IMG/VR virus record: IMGVR_UViG_3300050821_023931
Location: 1-64,000 of that record
DNA from: a virus
Reading direction: 5' to 3' (one strand)
DNA: 64,000 nt
Position 1 is the stretch's first letter. Every line of letters starts with the position of its first letter. The translations under genes and the position numbers were made by a program. Shown piece after piece: positions 50,466-59,049 of the stretch. The notes beneath the pieces were generated by a model. The model was not told the DNA's origin and did not search any database. It saw only the letters and a list, made by a program, of their open reading frames with translations.

Positions 50466-52001
50466 TTATTTCATGTGAGAACAAATTTCGTTTAACCAAC
50501 CGTTCCTATATGCAGCATCATAAGTTCTTCTACATTTCTCACAAAACTCTTTTTTCTTAGTATATTTTGAAGCTTCTTCTCGACAAATTTCTATTGTATA
50601 ATATCCAGAAGGTTTTTGAGGACTAGTCATATATTCACATATTTCATCTAACCAATTATTTTTGCACGCTATAGTATAAGCACTACCAGAATTTTTTTGA
50701 AATTCACCTCTAGTTTTATATTTTAAAGCTTCTTTAGCACATGTGTCAAAGTTCCATTTTCTTCTGCTTTCATTAGATCTAGCATCTTTCATATGTAAAC
50801 AAACAGTATCAAAAATTTTTAGATTTTTAAGTTTAACATAAGCAGTAAGATATTTTTTATGAAATTCAGTCTTATTTTCACAGGATTTAGCAGCATTTAT
50901 ACAACGTTCTTCTGTCCAGTAATGACGAAGTCTAATTTGTTCCATATGTTGAGTTATATCATACCATTTATTTTTTAAAGCTTTAGAATAGGCTGAAGGA
51001 CTATTAATTTTGAGATCATCTTTATTAATATATTTGAGAGCTTCTTTTTTACATCTCTCATAAGTCCAATAACCGTTAGGTTTTTTAATTTCAATCATAT
51101 GAGAACAAATTTCATCTAACCATTTATTTTTTGATGCTGGATTATAAGCTAAAGAATTATTTTGAAATTCACCTCTAGTTTTATATTTTAAAGCTTCTTG
51201 AGCACATTTTTCTTTTGTCCATTTTATGTTATTGCTACCTAACGCACCACCTTTCGCTTTATTTAATACCTTCCAGCCATTACTTCTATACTCAGATATA
51301 TAAAAGTTCTCGAATTTACCAACTTCATCAGCAGGATATAAACCAATATTTTTAACATTATATTCTTTACAATGGTTTTCGTAGTGTTTAAATACTTGAC
51401 TATTATCCTTATCTTTAGTAAAATGTTCTTTTATTCTTCTATCAATACTACTTGATATACCTACATAAGCATGGTTATCAGTAAACTCAACAATATAAAC
51501 ATATCTTCTGGTTTTATTTCCTTGTGGTATCATATGTGAACATATTTCTTCTAACCAACCACTTTTACATGCTGCAACATAAGCTGCTTTAGAATTTTTT
51601 CCGAATACATTCCTAATATCATATTTCAAAGATTCGATTAAACATAATTCTTTAGTCCAATAATGATCAGGCTTCTTCCTGTTTTCCATATGCGAACATA
51701 TTTTATCAATCCAACCATGACTTAGTGCTGAATTATAAGCACTACCACATTTTCTTTGAAAATCTATTTTCTTTGTATATTTTGAGGCTTCTTCAGCACA
51801 TTTTTCTTTAGTCCAATATCCTACAGGTTTTACAATTTTTATCATATGAGAACAAATTTCATCATACCACCCATTTTTTATAGCAGAACAACGAGCACTA
51901 CCACAATTTTTTATAAATTCTACTTTTGTATTATACTTTAGAGCTTCTTCATGACATTTTTCTTTAGTCCAATATCCTGAAGGTTTTATATTCTTATTCA
52001 T
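50466..52001 (-). CDS. GIY-YIG endonuclease with eight ~52-aa repeats (3 + nuclease + 5)
   Basis: YVYIVEF..HAYVGIS..RRIKEH...E...LNKAKGG; same repeat as 23457-25004. Confidence 0.85.
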   Translation of the reverse strand: MNKNIKPSGYWTKEKCHEEALKYNTKVEFIKNCGSARCSAIKNGWYDEICSHMIKIVKPVGYWTKEKCAEEASKYTKKIDFQRKCGSAYNSALSHGWIDKICSHMENRKKPDHYWTKELCLIESLKYDIRNVFGKNSKAAYVAACKSGWLEEICSHMIPQGNKTRRYVYIVEFTDNHAYVGISSSIDRRIKEHFTKDKDNSQVFKHYENHCKEYNVKNIGLYPADEVGKFENFYISEYRSNGWKVLNKAKGGALGSNNIKWTKEKCAQEALKYKTRGEFQNNSLAYNPASKNKWLDEICSHMIEIKKPNGYWTYERCKKEALKYINKDDLKINSPSAYSKALKNKWYDITQHMEQIRLRHYWTEERCINAAKSCENKTEFHKKYLTAYVKLKNLKIFDTVCLHMKDARSNESRRKWNFDTCAKEALKYKTRGEFQKNSGSAYTIACKNNWLDEICEYMTSPQKPSGYYTIEICREEASKYTKKKEFCEKCRRTYDAAYRNGWLNEICSHMK

Positions 52002-52006
52002 AAATA

Positions 52007-52032
52007 TTATATGAGTTATGAATATAAAGTTT
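52007..52032 (-). promoter_or_regulatory. Bipartite promoter AAACTTT-N12-CATATAA
   Basis: Exact 12-nt spacer, immediately upstream of the ATG at 52001. Confidence 0.7.
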
Positions 52033-52043
52033 TGATAAAAAGG

Positions 52044-52083
52044 TAATAAAAAAGAGAAGTTTTTAGGCTTCTCTTTTTTATTA
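52044..52083 (-). terminator. Intrinsic terminator
   Basis: TAATAAAAAAGAGAAG / CTTCTCTTTTTTATTA inverted repeat. Confidence 0.75.
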
Positions 52084-52120
52084 AAAATATTTTTGTTTAC
52101 TCAGCTTTCAGAATCTTTAA

Positions 52121-52315
52121 CTATTCTTCGTCGTTTGAATATTCTCTAACGTCAAGTAGTTTTAATATACCATCTTTTGTTCCATCATTAAGTTGCCAAT
52201 TTTCATAAGCTGCCCGATCTTCTGCTGTAAAAAGATTTACCCTAAGAACTAAATCAAATAATTCCGAATGATTTTCAAAACCATTCTGTCTTGCTGCTGC
52301 ATCTAAGTCTTCCAT
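52121..52315 (-). CDS. Hypothetical protein
   Basis: 64-aa ORF. Confidence 0.55.
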   Translation of the reverse strand: MEDLDAAARQNGFENHSELFDLVLRVNLFTAEDRAAYENWQLNDGTKDGILKLLDVREYSNDEE

Positions 52316-52328
52316 TTGTATCTTAATT

Positions 52329-52604
52329 TTAGTTTTGTGAAATTAAATTTTTACAATATCTGGAAACATTGAATACTTTATCAAGTATGTCCTGGTCTTT
52401 TGGTAATTCAACCAGAACTAAAGCTTCAGCCATTTCGGGAGCATTATTTTTTAGATAGGCTGCTCTATACTTATTGAAGTATTTCTCAACATCTACTTTT
52501 TCACCAATTTTCATAAGCGTGAAGGTATCCTTATCAAAAAAGCAGGCTGGTGTTTCAATGTTTTCTAAATAGATTTGATTTTTGTTATTTCTAACATGTA
52601 GCAT
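52329..52604 (-). CDS. Hypothetical protein
   Basis: 91-aa ORF. Confidence 0.6.
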   Translation of the reverse strand: MLHVRNNKNQIYLENIETPACFFDKDTFTLMKIGEKVDVEKYFNKYRAAYLKNNAPEMAEALVLVELPKDQDILDKVFNVSRYCKNLISQN

Positions 52605-52608
52605 AGAA

Positions 52609-52974
52609 TTAATTGGATTTAGTTATTTGTTTTATTGTTTCCTGTGATACTTCATAATAGTAGTACAGAGTATCTGTATCATTATTCATAAAAAAGTTTT
52701 TTGTATATGTTCCATTTCTAATAGTATCACCAACTTGCACATTAAACTTAGTATGTTTTGTAGTTCTATGTGTTATAATTTCTTTTGTATCGATATCTTT
52801 AAGAAATATAATAGTGTATTCAGAAGTGTAAATATAACTTGTAGGTTTGACTAATATTTTAGTAACAACCAAATTTCTACCATTAAAATTCCGAACTCTT
52901 ATTTGTCCTTTTTTTGAAGCACATCCAACAACCACAATACCTATAATTAGTAATAATATCTTTATATGCTTCAT
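52609..52974 (-). CDS. Putative lipoprotein
   Basis: MKHIK-hydrophobic-VVG|C lipobox. Confidence 0.65.
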   Translation of the reverse strand: MKHIKILLLIIGIVVVGCASKKGQIRVRNFNGRNLVVTKILVKPTSYIYTSEYTIIFLKDIDTKEIITHRTTKHTKFNVQVGDTIRNGTYTKNFFMNNDTDTLYYYYEVSQETIKQITKSN

Positions 52975-52992
52975 AATTCAAAAAACTTTTTG

Positions 52993-53016
52993 TAATTTTG
53001 TTATATCACAAATATA
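52993..53016. promoter_or_regulatory. Face-to-face Bacteroidota-type -7 elements (TAATTTTG on +, TATATTTG on -)
   Basis: 52993-53000 (+) and 53009-53016 (-), between divergent genes. Confidence 0.6.
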
Positions 53017-53041
53017 GATATTATAATTAAAAAACAAAACT

Positions 53042-54034
53042 ATGAAAACATATCAAGATTTAAAAAATCTTTTAGTATTTGACATTGAGACTGTTAAACT
53101 AACAAAAACTTTTTCTGGATTAAGCGAAGGTATGCAAAAAGCTTGGAAAAAAACTTGTGATAAACCATCAGTTACAGATAATGGTGGTCCTGCTACGTTT
53201 GAACAATTGTATACGACTAAAGCTGCTTTATTTGCTGAATTTTCAAAAGTTATTTCCATATCTTATGGCGTTTTCACTGAGACAGCCGACAGAAATCTTC
53301 AACTAACCGTTAGTGAAATTAGTGGTCATGATGAAGTGGAGATACTTACTAAATTTAATGAAGTAGTAAACAAGATTGGTTATAATTTAGTTATGGTAGG
53401 TCATAATATTAAATTCTTTGATATGCCTTTTCTATGTAAAAGATTTCTTATTAATGGTTTATTGATTCCACAACACATGGATATAAGAGGTAAGAAACCT
53501 TGGGAGATTAAACACCTAGATACAGCGGAGATTTGGAATTTTGGTAATCTTAAAGGATCTATGCCTTTGAGTACTATTACAACTGTTCTTGGTATACCAT
53601 CAAGTAAAGATGATATTGACGGTTCAATGGTTGATAGTACATACTATAATGAAGAAAATGGTTTAGCACGAATTACTTTGTATTGTTGCAAAGATGTTGT
53701 TGCTACAGCTCAAGCATATTTAAGAATGAATAGTACACCAGTTATACCAGACGAAAATGTTACTATGCCGGAAATTGATTTGGTTGCCTTAGATCCTGAA
53801 ATGTTTTTTAAACAAGGTAACTCTTACATGAAAAAGGTTATTGATTTTGAAAAAGAAAAATTAGAAAATATTGATTTCAAAAATAAAAAACAAACATCAA
53901 CCACAACAGTAACTCCAGATAAAAATGAAGATACTGGTTTAAATGTGAAAGATTACGTATCACCATATGGTTCTAAAATGGAACCAGTAATAAAAGATCC
54001 TTTATTTTCTGATGCTAAAATAGAATCTAAATAA
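53042..54034 (+). CDS. PolB-related DEDDy 3'-5' exonuclease
   Basis: FDIETV, GHNIKFFDMPFL, YCCKDV. Confidence 0.88.
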   Translation: MKTYQDLKNLLVFDIETVKLTKTFSGLSEGMQKAWKKTCDKPSVTDNGGPATFEQLYTTKAALFAEFSKVISISYGVFTETADRNLQLTVSEISGHDEVEILTKFNEVVNKIGYNLVMVGHNIKFFDMPFLCKRFLINGLLIPQHMDIRGKKPWEIKHLDTAEIWNFGNLKGSMPLSTITTVLGIPSSKDDIDGSMVDSTYYNEENGLARITLYCCKDVVATAQAYLRMNSTPVIPDENVTMPEIDLVALDPEMFFKQGNSYMKKVIDFEKEKLENIDFKNKKQTSTTTVTPDKNEDTGLNVKDYVSPYGSKMEPVIKDPLFSDAKIESK

Positions 54035-54041
54035 TTTCTAT

Positions 54042-54581
54042 ATGAAAATACTTTTAACCTTTATTCTATTTTTGCTTTCATTAACTGGTAAGTCTCAAAC
54101 ATGTATTGTTTACTTCGAAGCTGAAAGAAAAGGTGATGTAAATTTCACCTGGCAAATTAAGAGTGACGAAAAAGAATTAACATATTTGATTCAATGCTCT
54201 AATGATAAGTTAAATTTCACTGATATGTATAAGTATAAAACTGAGCATAGAACTATCAATGTTTCTTTATTTTCGGATTATACTTATTTTCGGCTAAAAA
54301 TCATGATTAATAAAGATTGTTATATTTATTCAGATATACTTTATTTAAAAAACGATCAGCCTATTCAAATATGTCCAGATGTTACCGGGGCTCATATAGT
54401 TTATATTACCAGTAAAGAAGAAGGTACTTGTTACATTTACAATAAAAGTAATACCCAGTTTTTATCATATTCGATTACTGAAGGCTATAATCAAATCTAT
54501 TATCATTTACCCAATGATGAATATACAGTAAAAGTATTTACTGAGAATTTTGTCCAACAAATTAAAATATTTGTAAAATGA
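54042..54581 (+). CDS. Secreted protein resembling an Ig-like domain plus T9SS type A sorting domain
   Basis: Signal peptide; F.A..V.F.W..E..Y.I..S.D..F..YFRLK..YS; C-terminus G.N.I..LP..Y.VKV..KIFVK. Confidence 0.6.
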   Translation: MKILLTFILFLLSLTGKSQTCIVYFEAERKGDVNFTWQIKSDEKELTYLIQCSNDKLNFTDMYKYKTEHRTINVSLFSDYTYFRLKIMINKDCYIYSDILYLKNDQPIQICPDVTGAHIVYITSKEEGTCYIYNKSNTQFLSYSITEGYNQIYYHLPNDEYTVKVFTENFVQQIKIFVK

Positions 54582-54838
54582 AAAAAATACTAATTATAAT
54601 ATTCTTCATCTTATCACAAACTATCAATTGTTACTCTTCTGATGGTAAACAAGTAGTAATAGTTTGTCATGCAGATGAAGTGAGTAATATAATAAATCCT
54701 CTATTAGATAGAGGTTATACTGTTGCTTCAATGACAGCAGAAAATGTATCTATAGCAATCGAAACACATTCTTTTATGATTTCTAAAGGATTAATCATCA
54801 TAGTATTAAATAAACCAGTACCAAACATAAAGAAATAA
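54578..54838 (+). CDS. Small secreted protein
   Basis: Signal peptide; IN.LL..GY.V motif. Confidence 0.55.
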   Translation: MKKILIIIFFILSQTINCYSSDGKQVVIVCHADEVSNIINPLLDRGYTVASMTAENVSIAIETHSFMISKGLIIIVLNKPVPNIKK

Positions 54839-54840
54839 TT

Positions 54841-55125
54841 ATGAATACTCACTATCTAAAACAAATTCGTAAAATATACGAAACAAAGTTTAAAAAGGAT
54901 GAAAATGGATATACTTTATTCGTTATTGATCATAAAAACCAACATGTTAGTAAATATGATTCTATAACATCTTTTATAAATGAATTTGTTAATTATGATG
55001 AACTAACCGGTATGTGGTCTATGTATGCTTCAATCTTTTATAAAGAAAGAATTTCAAAGAGACTACATAAAGCTGAGCAAAGACGAAAGTATTATGTAGC
55101 ATTAGAAGAATTAAAACAACAATAA
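54841..55125 (+). CDS. Hypothetical protein
   Basis: 94-aa ORF. Confidence 0.55.
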   Translation: MNTHYLKQIRKIYETKFKKDENGYTLFVIDHKNQHVSKYDSITSFINEFVNYDELTGMWSMYASIFYKERISKRLHKAEQRRKYYVALEELKQQ

Positions 55126-55126
55126 A

Positions 55127-56449
55127 TTAAGCTACTACCTTGGCTTTACTTAATCTGCCAAGTGTAGTAGTTTTTACTTCTTTATAAACAGAATGCTCTT
55201 TAATCTCTGCTGTAAATTCAAATATATCACCTTCAGTGAACTCTTCTAATTCCTTACCACCTAAAGAGTCAGCAACAATGAAGCTTTTATTTAGTTTACC
55301 AAATTTCTTAAAAATGTTACCATTTTCATCTTTGAATGTCCATAAATACCAGGTACCATATTCACCCTCACCACTTTTAACATCTTCTAATATGAGTCTT
55401 AAAACGGCCTTCTCTCCTACTTTACCAATCCATACAGATTCTTTATCTTTAAGCAATTGCTCTTGTCTCTCAAGACCTCTATAGTAAGAATTTATAGCCG
55501 GTGCAATTATCATAGCTTCATATAGTCTGATTTTGTTTCTTCCGGTTAAATCATTCAATACTTTATTGTGCTCAAGTTCAAATACCTCATCAAGAGGTGG
55601 GTTAGTTTTAGTACCTTTTAAAACTACATGTTCTGTTAAAGGTAGATTTTCAAAGTAGTGTCTTATTTTACCACAAATAGATTCATTGATACTTGTATTC
55701 AAAACAATATCCTTATCGAAAAGTATTTTCTCTAATTTATCATTAGTGGCCTTTCCATAGTTTGTTCTCCAGCATTCACCAACTCTTCTACCATGTCTAT
55801 CAGTTTCAGAATCATACAATTTTTTTATGTATCCTTCTTCAATAATTAATTTGTTCGCTAATGTAATTACAAGATCCAGTGAATGAGCAGTATTCCATTG
55901 ACTTTGGACATTTTTAAAGTTGAAAGGTGTGAGACCAGTTATTTCCGTTTTGAATTCATTTATGATATCAAACGCTGATACAAATGATTCTGGATTAAGG
56001 CCGATGAAATGTTTCATACAGCTTTTACCAACTTTTATAAAAGCATTCTTAGAATCTTTAAGAATGAATGATTTGTTTCGAGCTATTTTTCTGTTACAAT
56101 GCTCACAGTGCATGTTAGTAACATCTTGATATTTAACTGGTAATTCATCCTCAACGTCTATAGTAAAATGACTAAGACTTTCGTGGTTTACTATGGCAAA
56201 TAAAGCATAATCACCATTCAATTTAAATAATGAAGCAACATTGATAGTCACATCGATAACTTGAAAAAATTCTGATATCAGTTCAGTTTCTCCTGGAACA
56301 GATATTTCCTTATTATAAATATCAGACAATTCCATTGTAGGCTCGGATAATCCGAACTTTACAGCAGCACGAACTACAGCTTTGAAAGCTTTACGAAGTT
56401 CGTACTCTTTTTCTTTAAGAATAGTAATATTTATAATTTTTTCAGTCAT
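55127..56449 (-). CDS. Phage protein with a Zn finger and a probable C-terminal OB fold
   Basis: CEHC...VGKSC; WIGKVGEK...G.YG...F.DENGN...IKEH..YK..TTL.R. Confidence 0.65.
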   Translation of the reverse strand: MTEKIINITILKEKEYELRKAFKAVVRAAVKFGLSEPTMELSDIYNKEISVPGETELISEFFQVIDVTINVASLFKLNGDYALFAIVNHESLSHFTIDVEDELPVKYQDVTNMHCEHCNRKIARNKSFILKDSKNAFIKVGKSCMKHFIGLNPESFVSAFDIINEFKTEITGLTPFNFKNVQSQWNTAHSLDLVITLANKLIIEEGYIKKLYDSETDRHGRRVGECWRTNYGKATNDKLEKILFDKDIVLNTSINESICGKIRHYFENLPLTEHVVLKGTKTNPPLDEVFELEHNKVLNDLTGRNKIRLYEAMIIAPAINSYYRGLERQEQLLKDKESVWIGKVGEKAVLRLILEDVKSGEGEYGTWYLWTFKDENGNIFKKFGKLNKSFIVADSLGGKELEEFTEGDIFEFTAEIKEHSVYKEVKTTTLGRLSKAKVVA

Positions 56450-56595
56450 TACAATAAAGGTTTTTCAGGATGAAAGATTTCAATATGTACAAAATGATTG
56501 TTGATTTGTAATTCAACATGTCCACAATAAGGACAAACATGACCAAAACATTCCTGTTCAAGGTCTTCTATTTCAATAATATTATTTTCGCTCAT
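56449..56595 (-). CDS. Small Zn-binding protein
   Basis: ATG at 56595, MSENN...CPYCGH. Confidence 0.5.
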   Translation of the reverse strand: MSENNIIEIEDLEQECFGHVCPYCGHVELQINNHFVHIEIFHPEKPLL

Positions 56596-56950
56596 TTTGT
56601 TGCCATTTAATAAAATCTGTAATACATTCAAAGATTGCTTCAATGCATGGTCCTGTACCCATAAATGAAGGGTTTTTATCATCAAGACTTTTTATATGAC
56701 ATGAAGATGAGTAAATTATCAATTCAAAATCTTTACAGAAAGCCTTTTCTAATTTTAAAACTACCGGCATTAATTCATTCCAGTCAGAATGATAGGAAAA
56801 TTGATAAAGATTATAACCATATTCTTCACCATCAATCATTTTATGGTATCTATTAGGTAGATGTTCATATTTACCAAGTAACCAGCCTTCATGTTTAGCA
56901 ATTATTTTATTACCTTCAATAATTTTTTCTTCGTTCATATTAGTAACCAT
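56582..56950 (-). CDS. Hypothetical phage protein
   Basis: NKIIA...YHSDWNELMPVV.K.E pattern. Confidence 0.65.
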   Translation of the reverse strand: MVTNMNEEKIIEGNKIIAKHEGWLLGKYEHLPNRYHKMIDGEEYGYNLYQFSYHSDWNELMPVVLKLEKAFCKDFELIIYSSSCHIKSLDDKNPSFMGTGPCIEAIFECITDFIKWQQNERK

Positions 56951-57024
56951 AATGTATTTAACGGCTAAAACTAATAAATGTTTTCGAATATAAAAAATAT
57001 TTTGATATTTTCCTTTAAATTTTA

Positions 57025-58113
57025 CTATAAAATACCCTTAGTCAGCTTTTTATAATTTGTAAAGACTTCTTTATCAAAGATATTGATCATTTCATCTTTT
57101 ATCTCAGATTCCATGTTTTCTTGAAGTTTTATGAAATCTACTGTAATAGTTTCAATTTCCCAGTTAAAAGTATCAGGATCCAGTTTTAGTTCTAATTGAG
57201 GTTCTTTTACCTTGTTTGTATCAAACATCTCTACACGTTCAAAAACATGATTCTCCATTAAACCAAGTAAAGACTTCCTGGCCTTCTTACTATCCAATAA
57301 TAAATTACTATTTAATACTAGGTCCACCATATCATGAGATACATTACTTGATGATAATTTAACCAAGTCTTCTTCTGTAGCAATTTCCAAGGTTTTATAT
57401 TCTGGAGAATAAGTATTTTCATAAGTATCAATTTCACCAGTTTTCATATCTAGGATAAAAACAGCTTTAGTATCATTTTTATCGGCCCTGTCCATATGAT
57501 ATGGTGCTCCCACATAAGTAAAATTACCATAAGTTTGACGTATATGAATGTGTCCTGAAAACACATGATTAAAATGTTTAAAAGCATTAAGTCTTACAAG
57601 TGTGTCAATAGCTTTCCTTTCATTGTCAAAAGCTCCTTGAAGTTCGCTGTGACAAAAAACATAGTCACATTGTTTATTAGCAAGCAAAAGACTCATTTGT
57701 TCATCACGGTTTTCGATCCAAGGTAGAATGTATATTTTTTTATTATCCTGTGTGATTATTTTAGGTCTTTCATAAAAGAATAGATTATCAATATGTTTGA
57801 GCCATCTTAAACTATTTTGTGTTGGGTCTATGATAGAATACATATCGTGATTACCTATCATTACATGTGTAGGTAATATCTTTGTTGTAGCTTCAAATAT
57901 TTCCTGGGCCAGTAATAATGCCGGAATATAAATGGATGTTCTATCATGAAATATATCACCAAGAAAGTATAAATGATCACCTGGTCTGGCTTTATCTTTA
58001 AGCATTGGTATAAACCATTCAAAAAAGTAGTCTCTTGCACTTTTTACCCACTTTTCAGCGTGTAAAGCATGAACTCCCAAATGTATATCCGAAATAATAA
58101 AAGATTTACTCAT
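57025..58113 (-). CDS. Recombination endonuclease subunit, T4 gp47/Mre11/SbcD-like
   Basis: SDIHLG, LGDIFHDR, GNHD, CH, SGHIH. Confidence 0.92.
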   Translation of the reverse strand: MSKSFIISDIHLGVHALHAEKWVKSARDYFFEWFIPMLKDKARPGDHLYFLGDIFHDRTSIYIPALLLAQEIFEATTKILPTHVMIGNHDMYSIIDPTQNSLRWLKHIDNLFFYERPKIITQDNKKIYILPWIENRDEQMSLLLANKQCDYVFCHSELQGAFDNERKAIDTLVRLNAFKHFNHVFSGHIHIRQTYGNFTYVGAPYHMDRADKNDTKAVFILDMKTGEIDTYENTYSPEYKTLEIATEEDLVKLSSSNVSHDMVDLVLNSNLLLDSKKARKSLLGLMENHVFERVEMFDTNKVKEPQLELKLDPDTFNWEIETITVDFIKLQENMESEIKDEMINIFDKEVFTNYKKLTKGIL

Positions 58114-58183
58114 GTATTATTATATATTAAAAATGAGCTTTAGTTGTAATACTTAGATATATAAAGAAAACAGAACTTAAACA

Positions 58184-59035
58184 ATGGCTTGGTATGGTAG
58201 CAGCTCAAATAGTAAAAAGAAAAAAACTACCCAGAAAAAAGAAAAAGTGAGTACAACCAATGTTCAAGAGAAGGTCATGGGAACAGCAATGGTAAGGATT
58301 GTTGAAACCAAAAAAGATATTATTTTCAAAAGTAAAGAACCATTTCAAATGGAAGATATGAAAGAAGAAACTGAACCAGTTAAAATTATTAAAGAGGAAA
58401 TTAAACCCATAGAGCCTATTAAAATTGTAGAAGCTACTGTTACTGAAATACCTATAGCAGTTAAAGAAATACTTCCAGTTATTGAAACTCCTGTTGAAGT
58501 AAAGGCTCCTGTGATCGAAAAAGTTATACCAGTTAAAATTGTAGTTGAAGAGAATATAATAGAACCAGTTATACCAGAAATTATTCCAGAAATAATTGAA
58601 GAATCGAAAATAGAGGTTCCTGAAGTAATACAAATCACTAATGTGGAAGAAGTTGTTCCTTCAATTACACCTATAGAAGAACCTGTAGAAAAAGATTTAA
58701 ACCCTTTAGATTTAATTAATAAAGCAAATCTTCCAGATGATGCAGAAATAGTTCTTACCGAAGAAGAATTAAAAAGTATGCTTTCTAAAATAGAAATGAA
58801 TGTGAAAGAAAGTATAGTAATGGGTGAAGTTGGGTATACAGAACCTATATTTCCTATTGATAGTAAAGCAGAGAAATTCAGACAACTTTCTAAAAAACCA
58901 TTCGAACTAAGATATAAAGGAATCAAAATATTTGATTCCTATACAAATAAAAGAAAGGTTCAGTTTGAATTTACTCATGTATTTGTTGGTGATAGAAAAT
59001 ATCCTTATCAAAATTTAACTATCCTTAATAAGTAA
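58184..59035 (+). CDS. Hypothetical protein with a P/E/V/I/K-rich low-complexity centre
   Basis: 283 aa; GATATATAAA upstream. Confidence 0.65.
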   Translation: MAWYGSSSNSKKKKTTQKKEKVSTTNVQEKVMGTAMVRIVETKKDIIFKSKEPFQMEDMKEETEPVKIIKEEIKPIEPIKIVEATVTEIPIAVKEILPVIETPVEVKAPVIEKVIPVKIVVEENIIEPVIPEIIPEIIEESKIEVPEVIQITNVEEVVPSITPIEEPVEKDLNPLDLINKANLPDDAEIVLTEEELKSMLSKIEMNVKESIVMGEVGYTEPIFPIDSKAEKFRQLSKKPFELRYKGIKIFDSYTNKRKVQFEFTHVFVGDRKYPYQNLTILNK

Positions 59036-59049
59036 AAGATATATAGAAT

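Noticed and set aside
50458-52043. Group I intron or intein hosting the GIY-YIG genes
   Set aside because: Flanking genes look complete and the spacers are too short for a ribozyme core; both nucleases appear free-standing.
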